From Felis catus (Eukaryota), in the NCBI RefSeq assembly GCF_018350175.1, contig NC_058368.1:85934001-85998000 (forward strand): DNA of 64,000 bases, in the 5' to 3' direction. Within the stretch, counting starts at the first letter, position 1, and the number at the start of each line of letters is the position of its first letter. The position numbers were made by a program, and so were the translations under genes. Positions 1-13,595 of the stretch are shown here, piece by piece. Under the pieces are notes generated by a model. The model worked only from the letters and a program-made list of their open reading frames with translations. It did not search any database and was not told the DNA's origin.

Positions 1-1415
1 GATTTGGGAAGTGTTAGCCTATTATTTATGTAGACTACCCTTATGTTCCCTTTTATGTCTCTTCTTCTGCAACTCTGGTGATACAAATTTAAGTTTCATA
101 GATACACTGAGTTTCCTAAGTCTATTTTCAGGCTTCCCTGAAGACTTCTTTTATTTTTTCAAGCAGAGCAGGAATCTTATGATGGCTGCTTTAAATTCTC
201 CATCTGGTATAGTACTTTTCTTGGTTTTACATAAACCTCTGGCTTTTATCTTATATTCTTTCATTTCAGAGGGTTCCTCAGTCCTGGCATTGTCTATACA
301 TCTTTCTGTCTTCTTATTGGTGTTCGGAAAGCCTGTTTCATTTCCTGCTCCTTAGAGTAGTTGCGTTATGAAGACGAGGTCAAATGGTGTCCAGGTCCTG
401 ATGCTTTAAAGAGTGTCTCTCGAGTGACCTACATACACTAGGCTCCTGTGTTTTGGCTGCACTGCCTTTCAGGCCAGGCATCTTCAAAGGTTGTCCTTGC
501 CTGCTGGTGCAGTGCTTGAACCTTGGTGAGAGTGTGGCAAATTTTATGTAGGTGTGCTCTGGTGTACAATTCAATGAGACTCATGTGGTTTCCACTAGGA
601 CTGAAGCCTTGCAGAACAAAGAGTTTGGGAGACGTGGTTGACAGCATTTCTGCTCATCACCTGAGGAAGAAGACTGCCTGGCTGGGACTGAGACACACTT
701 GACAGAGAAGGGGAATAGTCATTGAACACAGGGCTGTGGACTTGCTGTAAGCAGGAGAGGCAGCCAGTCTCAGCACTGTGTACTTCCTAAACATCCTTCT
801 CTGTCTTTTCTGAAAGTATGGGGGAGTGTAGTGTCACCAACCAACTTCTTTGTCTCCAGTTGAGGGGTTATTGCATCTTTTGAGAAGCACTCTCAGAGGA
901 GCATTGAAAGTCCCCCTTTGTGCCTCCAGTGTTGGTGTGTTTCAGATCCTCATCTTCATGCTGTCTGTGTCTAAGTTGTTTGCCTGACTTTCAGCCAGGA
1001 GCATTGCAGTGCCTGCTGGCCTCCATCCCAGCCAGGCACGCTGATCTTTAAACCTCCAGACTTTAAGCCCTGTTCATCAAAAGGCCTCAAGGAAATCAAC
1101 CCCTCTGCTTGTCCCAGCCAATGGCTTTTAAGAAGTGTCCATCTCATTCATTCCACTGTGTACTCCTAGAACTTTTTGTGTTTCTCTGCAACCAAGATCG
1201 TCTCCCCTCCATAGCACCTAGGAAACATGTGGCCCCAAACCACATCTCTGCATTTCCTACTATCCTTGATGTGTCCTCTTTCCTCCCTCAAGGATGAGCT
1301 TGTTTTATCAGTACTCAAGATTAATTCTTGGGTACTGAGAATGATTTGACAGTTTTCTAGTGTGTTTGAGGAAGGAGAAAAACCTAGGGTCCTCCTACTA
1401 TGCAACCACCTCAGC
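1..1415 (-). mobile_element. Old LINE-1 fragment (ORF1 start and 5'UTR), copy 1
   Basis: Same sequence as the distal part of the degenerate L1 at 11322-13595; decayed ORF1-like and 5'UTR-like sequence on the minus strand. Confidence 0.7.
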
Positions 1416-1529
1416 TCTGAAGCAGTTGACCTTGACAAGGAGGGAAAAGTTCGTTATCAGCTTCTTGGATTTATAGCATAATATTCCATAGTATAATATT
1501 CTTGTGTTGTATAAATAGGGTAATAGTAT

Positions 1530-2200
1530 AATCTGTCATAGTAGAACATAAAGCTATGGCAAGGAAATGGTACTTTTACTGGGACTAAAGTAGACAGAGG
1601 GATCAATACAAGAGAAATGAAACTGCAAAAAGAGTTCCACATTTGTACGGTGAATAAATCAATGACAAAGGAAGCAAGAAAATGTAATGGGAAAAATGCC
1701 CCTTCATTAAATGATGTTGAGAACACTGGTCACAGATATTTACAAAATATTGATATTTGACCACTTTCCCACCATATGCTATAGTAAACTCATAATGGGT
1801 GAAAACATAAATCTAAGATATGAAGTATAAAACCTTTAAATAAAACCTAAGAAGTAAGTTCTTTGGCAACCTCCTGAGCAATATTTACTTGAAACTGGTT
1901 CCTCAGACAAGGATAGAAAAAACAGTAACAAATTATTCGGACTATCTCAAAATAAAGGCTTTTTTCTTTCCCCCAAGCAAAGAACACCATTAAAAAATGA
2001 AAACCTAGTGACAGGGAATAGAAAATTGCAATCATAAATGTGTTAAGGGACTAACATCCAAAAAATATAGTCAAATCATTCAATTCAATATCAAAACCTC
2101 AAACAGCCCAACTTAAAAATGTAGAAAATCTAGGATTAGATTTTTCAAGAAAATAAATAAATAAACATACATATGGCCCACAGTCCCATGAAAATATTTT
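1530..2200 (+). mobile_element. Ancient LINE-1 ORF2 3' fragment (also at ~13710-14380 and ~25890-26560)
   Basis: A-rich decayed sequence resembling the L1 ORF2 C-terminal region (AAATGATGTTGAGAACACTGG, CTAACATCCAAAAAATAT). Confidence 0.6.
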
Positions 2201-2260
2201 AACCTGTAGAAATTTTAGTTTGACTCTGTAACTTATTTGTGTTTTTTTTTCTTCTTAAAG

Positions 2261-2281
2261 GTAAACTCCAGGAAAAATATG
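2261..2281 (+). CDS. 21-nt phase-1 heptad micro-exon A1 of butyrophilin/ERMAP-like gene: (x)KLQEKY
   Basis: Polypyrimidine tract ...cttcttaaAG|GTAAACTCCAGGAAAAATATG|GTAAGT. Consensus donor, 21 nt, frame-preserving, and resembles butyrophilin-family heptad exons. Confidence 0.8.
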
Positions 2282-3988
2282 GTAAGTCATTTATTACCTC
2301 CTTATATTTATCAGATTTAGCACAGTACCTAGAGCTCAGGGGTTTCTTCTTTTTTAAGCATAAATTTCCAAGGAAAACAGTCAGTAAAAATAGAAGGAAA
2401 TAAATACCAATTAGGAATCTGGCATTGTGTATTCCCTTCCCCTTTGTCTTCATTAGCTTGTTCAAGTGTCCATGACCTCTGTTGGGTCATTGTGCTTATA
2501 AACCCTTGAGGTTTGCCAAGGTATCTTTGATTCTACAGAGAGGACACGCTGGTTAATACCTGGGCAAAGTAGAAAAGCAAGGTCTGCAGCAAACCCACCA
2601 GGAATCCTGAACAAGCACATGGCACTACATTTCAAAGCAGAGCACAGCCTGGTCCATAATCCAATTGTCTACTAAAGTTAGCTATTCTCACTTTGTGTTG
2701 GTTAGATTGCAGTGTCCCTCTTACTTGCTAATCTGCTTTCACTGGAATTGAGAAAAGGGAGCTTGTGTCAAATGCACCTGTGGAACCTTTTTTCTCTTCT
2801 GCATTTTCAAAACATCCTCATGTATTGAGGATTCTTTCTAGCCTCCTGACCCCCTCACATTTTAAAATCTTTTCTCATGTGCTGCAGATGAGTTTCCAAG
2901 GTATGAATTGGTGTTTGTATTACCGTCAGTGTATGCCCCCTTTAAAGTGTCAGGGAAAAAAGTTCGTCTCTCTATGCAAAGAATTCTTCTTGGCATGAGC
3001 GATGAAGACTGAGTCACTGTTTCAGGTTATTCCTGACTCTGGATATATTCCGCACCCAAAGGCTCATGGATCCTGTCCCAGTCTCTTGAGGCACAGATCC
3101 CATGTGTAATCTCGATGAACTTTTTTGGGGGAATAGCCTATCATGAGCTCCACACAATCAACAGGTGGAGGGGCATGGACTGATTTATTTCTTATACACA
3201 AGACCTGCTTCTTTTCCCCTCTTCTCTAGCTCTTATTTTCACCTATTGCTAAATATCATACCAAGTCAGGCAAGAAAGACTTGAGTAAAATCTGTTTCTT
3301 TAGAAATTCTTCCATACATGCTTTATTGAATGCATTATTATTTATCTTGGTTTTACACAGAACTCTTATTTAAACAGAAAGGAGAGTAGTTTTTGTTTCC
3401 ATTTAGAGGCAAACATCATAGAAAAATATACTCGATCAACTAAAATTTAGCAAACGATTTCCACATCATAAACATTTTGTTCAACTGGCCTACTTCTATA
3501 AGATTAGCTACCAGTTGAAACTATGTTGTGTTTGGTAACACTATAAATTATAGGCTGTGAAACCAATTGTCATTTAAACAAAGTCACACTGTGGCATCTT
3601 TGTTGGAAGATTTCACCTGTGTTTAAATATTTGTTTTTAAGGTCCCAGGAAAGTATTGAGATATTCCTTTATGATGTTTTCTACTATGACTTCTATAATG
3701 CATGTCCATATCTCAATTTTGAACTTCTCCTGGGTTTCTGCTAATTCTTGACTTCTTTGTTATTAAATAGTTATTAATGATAACTTGTACATTCTATGGT
3801 AAGATGACAACCAAAATATCACAGTCTAGTTTTGGTTCGTTGAAAGTCTTTACATTTTTCTGCATTATATGTCAAACTGTTAAATATGATTTGCATAAGC
3901 TTTGATATTCTGTATCCATATTTTATGTTTTTGTTTTGATTTTTGATTTTTTTTTTACCTTTTGACCTTGTTACTTAAGAGAGCGTTA

Positions 3989-4425
3989 GTTTTTTTTTTT
4001 CTTTTTAAGATTTTTTAACGTTTATTTATTTTTGAGACAGAGAGAGACAGAGCATGAACGGGGGAGGGTCAGAGAGAGAGGGAGACACAGAATCTGAAAC
4101 AGGCTCCAGGCTCTGAGCGGTCAGCACAGAGCCCGATGCGGGGCTCGAACTCATGGACCGCGAGATCATGACCTGAGCTGAAGTCGGACGCTTAACCGAC
4201 TGAGCCACCCAGGCGCCCCAATTTTTTAATATTCATTTAATTTCATTTGAGAGAAATCATAAGAGAGAAGGGGAGGGGCAGAGAAAGAGGGATAGAACGG
4301 ATCTCAAGCAGGCTCTGTGCTGTGAGTGCAGAGCTATGGGAACTCTAACTCACAGACCGTGAGATCATGTCCTGAGCTGAAGTCCAGAGTCAGATGCTCA
4401 AGTGACTGAGCTGCCAAGGTGCCCT
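3989..4425 (-). mobile_element. Two adjacent CanSINEs (young 3989-4219, older 4221-4425); also at ~16168-16603 and ~28346-28781
   Basis: Reverse complement of the GGGGCGCCTGGGTGGCTCAGTCGGTTAAGCG head, (CT)n tract and A tail. Confidence 0.95.
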
Positions 4426-5170
4426 AGGCGCATGCTTCTTAGTGATTTTATCTCTGTGTCTTTGTACTTGTTTTTCTCTATTCCTGAAATACTTTATTTC
4501 TGTGCTCATGTCACAATTAACTCTGCTTTCCCTGTGGGAACTTGGTGAACGATCACGACCACAGAGAGGGATCTGAGTACTTTATGGAATCCCACAGCCA
4601 TGAGATCTCTCGTTACTGCTTTACATGGTGCTTTGTGCAGGTGACAGGTCAGAGTTCTGTGTCCTCCTTTACTGAGAGAGCCTGATCCCTGCAGAGCTAA
4701 GGGCGGCCAGTCCACAAATATCTGTTGAGTGGAAGAAATGATTTTTATTCATATTTTTTTGTCATTTTCTGTTTGTTTTCCTCCTTGTTTATCTATATTA
4801 TATAAGAAAAGAGAACAAGAGTTCTATTGCTATCCTGTTCGATGGCTTAAAGATCACATAATACCTAACTTGTACAGAATCACTTAGGTGAAAATTAATC
4901 TCTTACATTGACTTCTTCTCATATTTTTCTGAACCTCATGTCTTTGGACATACACCTCTGGACCAGGTGAAGCAAAGTGAAGAATCCTGTCCTGGAGCTG
5001 CCAGTAATGGGCTTGCCCAGGAGACTTCCAGTTAGGCTCTACGTGACATCAAGACAACCATGTGGAGGGTGGATTTCTTATCCCATGCAAGGATACAAAT
5101 GGGGGTGGGAGTTGGGAGGAGGTACTGTCCAGGAAACATACTATATTATTGCTTACTTAAGACACTTCTC

Positions 5171-5375
5171 GGGGCGCCTGGGTGGCTCAAGTCCCTTGGG
5201 CATCTGACATCGACTCAGGTCCTGATCACAGGGTTTGTGAGTGGGAGCCCTGATTCAGGCTCTGTGCTGACAGGTTGGAGACTGTAGCCTGCTTCAGATT
5301 CTGTGTCCCTCTCCCTCTGCCCTTTCCTCGCTTGCACTCTCTCCTCTGCCTCTCTCTCTCCAAAATAAATAAACC
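5171..5375 (+). mobile_element. CanSINE; also at 17349-17553 and 29527-29731
   Basis: GGGGCGCCTGGGTGGCTCA head, CT-rich tract, AAATAAATAAA tail, ACTTCTC on both flanks. Confidence 0.93.
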
Positions 5376-6245
5376 TTTTTCTTTTTAAATAATGTAACTT
5401 CTCAAAACAGGCCTAGGGAAATCATTTGCTGACTCCTTGAAATACCAAAAAAAAAAAAAAGTTACTGTTTTGTGTTTGAGGGTAAAATCCATGAGGCATT
5501 CCATTTCACCCTATGTCTGCTGCCATGTAGAGTTTATTCTGGAGGACAAATCAGCATAAGTTCAGATTAATTTAAGATACAGTTGGGAGGTTTCCACAAC
5601 TGATGACTAAACAGCCTATGGTTAGGACATTTTAAGGTGTGTATCAGGAAACCACCTACCTGTTGCTCAAACTCCAAAACATATGTATTGAATTTTTTTG
5701 GTTGTTCACATTAAGGATTCATTACTTGAGCTGAGTATGGTAAAGATACCACCTTCTCAATGCAAGGTCGGTAAAACATACTGTCATTCTGAGAAAATCC
5801 TCTGTTCTCAGTATTTTTTTTTTCCTTTTCCTTTTCTACTTATCAGTTTCCAGATATTATAAATGATCTTGTGCGAAAATAAGGTACTCAAGGACAGTTT
5901 CAGACTACCTTCTTATCTTGGAAATAATGGGTAAAATTTGTGGGTATTTGCACCTATTTTCCCTAATTTTTGGACCTCACCCAAAAGAGACCTTTTGTAA
6001 TATTCTGTTTTATGTCTATATAAACACATATAAAAGCCAGATAGCTTTTTAGATTGTGTTATTTATTATTATTATTAATATTCAGTACATAAATTGCTCT
6101 TTCTATGTCAGAGAAATATACTGGATCGTCAGCTTTCTGGGTCTCAGTTTTCAAATGAGAACCAAGTTCCAGGACAGATTTTCCATTGACAGTGATAGGA
6201 GGACACTTTCTAACAGACTTTTGTTTTGTTTGTTTCTTTATATAG

Positions 6246-6266
6246 CAAAACTAGAAGAAGAGAACG
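6246..6266 (+). CDS. 21-nt phase-1 heptad micro-exon B1: (A)KLEEEN
   Basis: ttctttatatAG|CAAAACTAGAAGAAGAGAACG|GTACGT. Length and both splice sites are conserved in the diverged paralog at 59791-59811. Confidence 0.8.
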
Positions 6267-6786
6267 GTACGTCCTATTTAGTTTTCAACATTCCACCCTT
6301 GATGTTCTTTCATTTTAATAAAACAACAAAATACAGACATTGCATTTATGACCCAAACGCGTTTAGAAGCAGGTAATGTATCCTTCTGCTATTTTTTAAA
6401 ACGTAACCTAAGTATTCCTAAGACAAGGAATGATGTAGGCCTAAATGGAGAAGAATGCGATGCATCATGTGGTGAGTTCAGGGCTGGGACTCAGGTGTTA
6501 AATCTGCCCCATTCAGTGAGGGCGGTCATCCTTTCTGCATATAGTAATTAGCTACCTATTTCATACTCAGTTCTTAAGAAACACTGAGGGAAAAAGACTC
6601 TCTTTGCTATGCAACTTGCTACCTTACGACAGATGCAAATTCCACATTCAAATAATAAAAGTAAAACAAATATGGAATATGTTATAGAAAAGGATTCTTG
6701 ATGCTATGAAGACATAAAATAGAGTGGACTTATTCATGGGATTGTGGATTTGCTGAAAAGCAGCAATGAAGATGAGGCAAGTGGTA

Positions 6787-9700
6787 TTTCTTTAATATGA
6801 AATTTATTATCAAATTGGTTCCCATACAACACCCAGTGTTCATCCCAACAAGTACCCTCCTCAATGCCCATCACCCAATTTCACCGCCCTCCAACCCCCC
6901 ATCAACCCTCAGTTTATCCTCAGTTTTTAACAGCCTCTTATGGCTTGCCTTCCTCCCTTTCTAACTTTTTTCCCCTTCCCCTCACCCCCCCCCAATAGTC
7001 TTCTGTTACGTATCTCAGGAACCACATAAGAGTGAAAACATATGGCATCTGTCTTTCTCTGTATGACTTATTTCACTTAGCCTAACAGTATCCAGTTCCA
7101 TCCACATTGCTAAAAAAGGCCATATTTCATTCCTTCTCATTGCCACGTAGTATTCCATTGTATATAGAAACCACAACTTCTTTATCCATTCATCAGTTGA
7201 TGGACGTTTAGTCTCTTTCCATAATTTGGCTATTGTTGAAAGTGATGCTATAAACATGGGGGTAGAAGTGTCCCTATGCATCAGCACCCCTGTGTCCCTT
7301 GGATAAATTTCTAGGAATGCTATTGCTGGGTATAGAGTAGATCTATTTTTAATGTTTTGAGGAACCTCCACACTGTTTTCCAGAGAGGTTGTACCAGTTT
7401 GCATTTCCACCAACAGGGCAAGAGGGTCCCCGTTTCTCCACATCCTCTCCAGCATCTATAGTCTCCTGATTTGTTCATTTAGGCCACTCTGGCAGGCATG
7501 AGGTGATATCTCACTGTAGTTTTGATTTGTATTTAAATGATGATTACTGACTTTGAGCATCTTTTCATGTGTCTGATGGCCACCTAGATGTCTTCTTTAG
7601 AAAAGTGTCTAATCATGTCTTCTGTCTATTTCCTCACTGGATTATTTGCTTCTCAGGTGTGGAATTTGGTGAGTTTTTTTTTTTTTTTTTAATATAGATT
7701 TTAGATACTAGCCCTTTATCCTATAAGTCATTTGCAAATATCTTTTTCCCACTCCATAGGTTGCCCTTTGTGGTTTTGATTTGTATTTCCCTGATGAGGA
7801 GTGACATTGAGCATCTTTTCATGTGCCTGTTGGCCATCTGGATGTCTCTTTTAGAGAAGTGTCTATTAATGTCTTCTTCCCATTTCTTCACTGGATTATT
7901 TGTTTTTCGGGTGTGGAGTATGGTGAGTTCTTTATAGATATTGGAGACTAGCCCTTTGTCCGATGTGTCATTTGGAAATATCTTTTCCCGTTCCGTTGGT
8001 TGCCTTTTAGTTTTGCTGATTGTCTCCTTTGCAGTGCAGAAGGTATTCGTCTTCCTGAGGTCCCAATAGTCATTTTTTTTGCTTTTAATTCCCTTGCCTT
8101 TGGAGATGTGTCAAGTAAGAAATTGTTGAGGCTGAGGTCGGAGAAGCTTTTTCCTGCTTTCTCCTCTAGGGGTTTGATGGTTCCCTGCTGAACATTCAGG
8201 TCCTTCATCCATTTTCAATTTATTATTGTGAATAGTGTAAGAAAGTGTTCAGTTTCATCCTTCTGTATGTTGCTGTCCAGTTTTCCCAACACCATTTGTT
8301 AAAGAGACTGCCTTTCTTTAATTGGAGATTCCTTCCTGCTTTGTCAAAGATTAGTTGGCCATACTTTTGTGGGTCCAATTCTGGAGTCTCTAATATATTC
8401 CATTGGTGTATGTGTCTGTTATTGTGCCAATACCATGCTGTCTTGATGATTACAGCTTTGCATTGGAGGCTAAAGTCTGGGATTGTGATGCCTCCCACTT
8501 TGGTCTGCTTCTTAAATATTACTTAGGTTATTCCAGGTCTCTTGTGGTTCCCTACAAATTTTAGGATTCCTTGTTCTAGCTTAGAGAACAATGTTGGCGT
8601 AATTTTCATTGGGATTTCATTGAATGTGTGGATTGATTTGGGTAGTATCGACATTTTAACAATATTTATTCTTCCAATCCATGAACACGGAATGTTTTTC
8701 CATTTCTTTGTATATTCTTCAATTTCCTTCAAGAGCTTTCTACACTTTTCAGCATACAGACCTTTCACATTTTTTGGTGAGGTTTATTCCTAGGTATTTT
8801 ACGATTCTTGTAATTTTGAATGGGATAAGTTTCATTCTTTGTCTTTCCGTTACTTCATTTTTAATGTATAATAATGCAACTTATTTCTGTACATTGATTT
8901 TTTTTATCCTGCGACTTTGCTGAATTAATGTATCAGTTCTAGCAGGCTTTTGGTGGAGTCTATTAGGTTTTCCATGTCATCTGCAAAAAGTGAAAGCGTG
9001 ACTTCATCTTTGCCTTTTTTTATGACTTTGATTCCTTTTGTTGTCTGATTGCTGATGCTGGAACTTCCAACACCATATTAAACAAGAGCGGTGAGAGTAG
9101 ATATCCCTGACGTGTTCCTGATCTCAGGGAGGAAGCTCTCAGTTTTCCCCCATTGAGGATGTTATTAGCTCTGGGTTTTTGGTAATTGCCTTTTATGATG
9201 TTTAAGTATGTTCCTTCTATCCGACTTTCTCGAGGGTTTTTATTAAGAAAGGATGCTGAATTTTGTCAAATGCTTTTTCTGCATCGATTGACAGGATCAT
9301 ATGGTTCTTTTCTTTTCATTTATTAATGTGATGTATCACATTGATTGATTTGAGAATGTTGAGCCAGCCCTGCAGTCCAGGAATGAATCCCACTTGATCG
9401 TGGTGGATAATATTTTTTATATGCTGTTGAATTTGGTTTGCTAGTATCTTGTTGAGAATTTTTGCATGCATATTCAATAGGAATTTTGGCCTCTAGTTCT
9501 CTTTTATTGCTGGGTCTCAGTCTGTCTTGGGGATCAAAGTAATGCTGGCTTCATAGAATGAGTCTGGAAGTTTTCCTTCTCTTTCTATATTTTTGAAAAT
9601 CTTGAGAAGGATAGGTATTATCTCTACGTTAAATGACTTGTAGAATTCCCCAGGGAAGACTTCTGGCCCTGGACTCTTATTTGTTGGGAGATTTTAGATA

Positions 9701-11321
9701 ACTGATTCAATTTATTCGCTGGTTATGGGTCTTTTCAAGTTTTCTAGTTCGTCCTGTTTGAGTTTGGGAAGTGTGTGGGTGCGTAGGAATGTGTCCGTTT
9801 CTTCCAGCTTGTCCAGTTTGTTGGCATATAGTTTTTTTGTAGTATTCCCTGATAATTGCTTGTATTTCTGAGGGATTGGTTATAATAGTTCAATTTTAAT
9901 TAATGATTTTATCTATTTGGGTCTTCTCCCTTTTCTTTTTGAGATGTGTGGCTAGAGGTTTATCAATTGTTCATTTTTCAGAAAATATACTCTTGGTTTC
10001 ATTGATCTACTACAGTTTTTTTTTTTTTTTTTAGATTCTATATAGTTTATTTCTGCTGTGATTTTTATTTCTCTTCTTCTTCTGGGTTTGGGTGTCTTTG
10101 CTGTTCTGCTTCTATTTCCTTTAGGTCTGCTGTTAGATTTTGTATGTGGGATTTTTCTTGTTTCTTGGGAAAGGCCTGGATTGCAATGTGTTTTCCTATC
10201 AGGACTGCCTCTGCTGTATCCCAAAAACTGTTGGATTGTTGTATTTTCATTTTAATTTGTTTCCATACATTTTTAATTTCTTCTCTAATTGCCTGGTTGA
10301 CACATTCATTCTTTAGTAGGGTGTTCTTTAACCACCATGATTTTAGAGGTTTTCCAGGCTTTTTCCTGTAGTTGATTTCAAGTTTCATAGCATTGTCCTC
10401 TGAAAGTGTGCATGATATGTTCTCAATTCTTTATACTTATTAAGGGCTGATTTGTGTCCCGGTATGTGATCTATCTTGGAAAATGTTCCATGTGCACTGG
10501 AGAAGAAAGTATATTTTGTCACTTTGGGATGCAGAGTTCTAAATATATCTGCCAAGTCCATCTGACCCAATGTATCATTCAGGGCTCTTGTTTCTTTGTT
10601 GATCCTGGTAGAGATGATCTATTCATTGTTGTATGTGGGGTATTAAAGACCCTGCAGTTACCACATTCTTATCATTAAAGTTGCTTATGTTTGTGATTAA
10701 TTGTTTTATATATTTGGGGGTTTCTGTATTCGGCGCATAGACATTTATGATTGTTAGCTCTTCCTGATGGATAGACTCTGTAATAATTATATAATGACCT
10801 TCTTCATTTCTTGTTACAGCCTTTAATTTAAAGTCTAGTTTGTCTGATATAATTATGGCTACTCCAGCTTTCTTTTGACTTCCAGGGGCATGATAAATAG
10901 TTCTCCATCACCCACTTTCAATCTGAAAGCGTTCCCAGGTCTGAAATGAGTCTCTTATGGACAACAAATAGATGAGTCTTGTTTTTTATCCATTCTGACA
11001 CCCTATGACTTTTGACTGGAGCATTCATTCCATTTACATTAAGTGTTATTATTCAGTGTTAAAGATATGGGTTTGGAGTCATTGTGATGTCTGTAGGTTT
11101 CATGCTTGCAGTGATGTCTCTGGTACCGTGTGGTGCTTACAACATTTCACTCACAGAGTCCCCCTTAGAATCTCTTGTAGGGCTGGTTTAGTGTGATGAA
11201 TTCTTTCAGTTTTTGTTTGTTTGGGAAAACCTTTATCTCTCCTATTCTGAATGACAGCCTTGTTGAATAAAGGATTCTGGGCTGCATTTTTTTTTTCCCT
11301 ACTGATCACATTGTAGAATTC
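6787..11321 (-). mobile_element. Carnivore LINE-1: 3'UTR, disrupted ORF2 and ORF1 end; 5' part missing
   Basis: ORF2 peptides in the ORF track (KWKNIPCSWIGRINIVKMSILPK, YTFFSSAHGTFSKIDH, WFLYTMEYY); 3' tail at ~6790; many frameshifts. Confidence 0.96.
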
Positions 11322-13595
11322 ATGTTGGTGGCATAAATATTTACAACTGTGAGATCTACTTGTTGGATAGACCACGTCACTTTGATATAGTATCCTTTGT
11401 CATTTCTTGTTACTGTCTTTGGTTTAATGTCTACTCTGCCTGAGATAAGTATTGCTACTCTGGCTTTCTTTCCACAGGCATTGGCGTGATAAGTATTTAT
11501 CCCTCTGTCCCTTCCCATTCAATCTGCAGGCATTGTGAGGTCTTAAATGAGTCTCTTATAGACAGCATGTAGAAAGGTCTTGTTTTTTTTTTCCTCTATT
11601 GTTTTTGTTTTTATTCTTTACTGATACTATATGTCTTTTGATTGGAGCACATCCTACACTTACATTCAGAATAAATCTATATACAGGTATATACATGTAT
11701 TTAGTGTCATTTTAATACTTGTTTTGTTGTCTCACCTGGATGTGTTCTCTTATCCTTTTTGTTTGTCACTTTTTTTCTTCCTTCCCACTTAAACAGTCCC
11801 CTTTAATATTGTGCACAGGGCTGGTGTAGTGGACATAAAGGTTCAGCTCCTTTAGTTTTTGTTTCTCTTGGAAAGTCTTTATCTGCTTCTGTTCTATATG
11901 ATAACCTTGTTGTATAGAGTATACTAGGTGATGAGTTTCCCCGTCAGGACATTGAATACACCATGGCTTACCAAGTTTCTGTCGAGAGATCTGCAGCCAA
12001 CCTTGTGGTTCTTCCCTTGTAATGTAGGCAATTCTTTTCTTTCTTGCTAATTGGATGTTTGTTCTTTGTCAGAATATTTTACACATTTAACTACAATATT
12101 TTGGGTTTAGGTCTGCTTTGGTGGATTTCTGTGGGAGTTTTCTGTGCCTCCTGGATTCGGATGGCTGTTTCACTCCCCAGATTTGGGAAGTGTTAGCCTA
12201 TTATTTATGTAGACTACCCTTATGTTCCCTTTTATGTCTCTTCTTCTGCAACTCTGGTGATACAAATTTAAGTTTCATAGATACACTGAGTTTCCTAAGT
12301 CTATTTTCAGGCTTCCCTGAAGACTTCTTTTATTTTTTCAAGCAGAGCAGGAATCTTATGATGGCTGCTTTAAATTCTCCATCTGGTATAGTACTTTTCT
12401 TGGTTTTACATAAACCTCTGGCTTTTATCTTATATTCTTTCATTTCAGAGGGTTCCTCAGTCCTGGCATTGTCTATACATCTTTCTGTCTTCTTATTGGT
12501 GTTCGGAAAGCCTGTTTCATTTCCTGCTCCTTAGAGTAGTTGCGTTATGAAGACGAGGTCAAATGGTGTCCAGGTCCTGATGCTTTAAAGAGTGTCTCTC
12601 GAGTGACCTACATACACTAGGCTCCTGTGTTTTGGCTGCACTGCCTTTCAGGCCAGGCATCTTCAAAGGTTGTCCTTGCCTGCTGGTGCAGTGCTTGAAC
12701 CTTGGTGAGAGTGTGGCAAATTTTATGTAGGTGTGCTCTGGTGTACAATTCAATGAGACTCATGTGGTTTCCACTAGGACTGAAGCCTTGCAGAACAAAG
12801 AGTTTGGGAGACGTGGTTGACAGCATTTCTGCTCATCACCTGAGGAAGAAGACTGCCTGGCTGGGACTGAGACACACTTGACAGAGAAGGGGAATAGTCA
12901 TTGAACACAGGGCTGTGGACTTGCTGTAAGCAGGAGAGGCAGCCAGTCTCAGCACTGTGTACTTCCTAAACATCCTTCTCTGTCTTTTCTGAAAGTATGG
13001 GGGAGTGTAGTGTCACCAACCAACTTCTTTGTCTCCAGTTGAGGGGTTATTGCATCTTTTGAGAAGCACTCTCAGAGGAGCATTGAAAGTCCCCCTTTGT
13101 GCCTCCAGTGTTGGTGTGTTTCAGATCCTCATCTTCATGCTGTCTGTGTCTAAGTTGTTTGCCTGACTTTCAGCCAGGAGCATTGCAGTGCCTGCTGGCC
13201 TCCATCCCAGCCAGGCACGCTGATCTTTAAACCTCCAGACTTTAAGCCCTGTTCATCAAAAGGCCTCAAGGAAATCAACCCCTCTGCTTGTCCCAGCCAA
13301 TGGCTTTTAAGAAGTGTCCATCTCATTCATTCCACTGTGTACTCCTAGAACTTTTTGTGTTTCTCTGCAACCAAGATCGTCTCCCCTCCATAGCACCTAG
13401 GAAACATGTGGCCCCAAACCACATCTCTGCATTTCCTACTATCCTTGATGTGTCCTCTTTCCTCCCTCAAGGATGAGCTTGTTTTATCAGTACTCAAGAT
13501 TAATTCTTGGGTACTGAGAATGATTTGACAGTTTTCTAGTGTGTTTGAGGAAGGAGAAAAACCTAGGGTCCTCCTACTATGCAACCACCTCAGCT
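11322..13595 (-). mobile_element. Older LINE-1 fragment (endonuclease start, ORF1, 5'UTR), copy 2
   Basis: Endonuclease-like peptide YHANACGKKARVAILISGRVDIKPKTVTRNDKGYYI at 11306-11518, followed by decayed ORF1/5'UTR. Confidence 0.85.

Noticed and set aside
3771..3798. Possible extra micro-exon (aaatAG...ATG|GTAAGA)
   Set aside because: It is 28 nt, so it breaks the frame, and it lacks a heptad pattern or paralog support.
4026..4208. Recurring ~60-aa 'MAQSVKR...' ORFs (also 37356, 44436, 49925, 59892)
   Set aside because: These are translations of CanSINE consensus sequence, not genes.
5854..5883. Possible 30-nt exon ending AAG|GTACT
   Set aside because: It has an in-frame TAA in phase 1, and its acceptor is not conserved in the paralog near 59410.
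11316..11321. GAATTC at two rearrangement junctions (11316/23494 and 53907), suggesting EcoRI cloning chimeras
   Set aside because: Junction positions are only approximate, part of each motif comes from the element's own sequence, and one junction is repeated within the array. Coincidence is likely; spanning reads would settle it.
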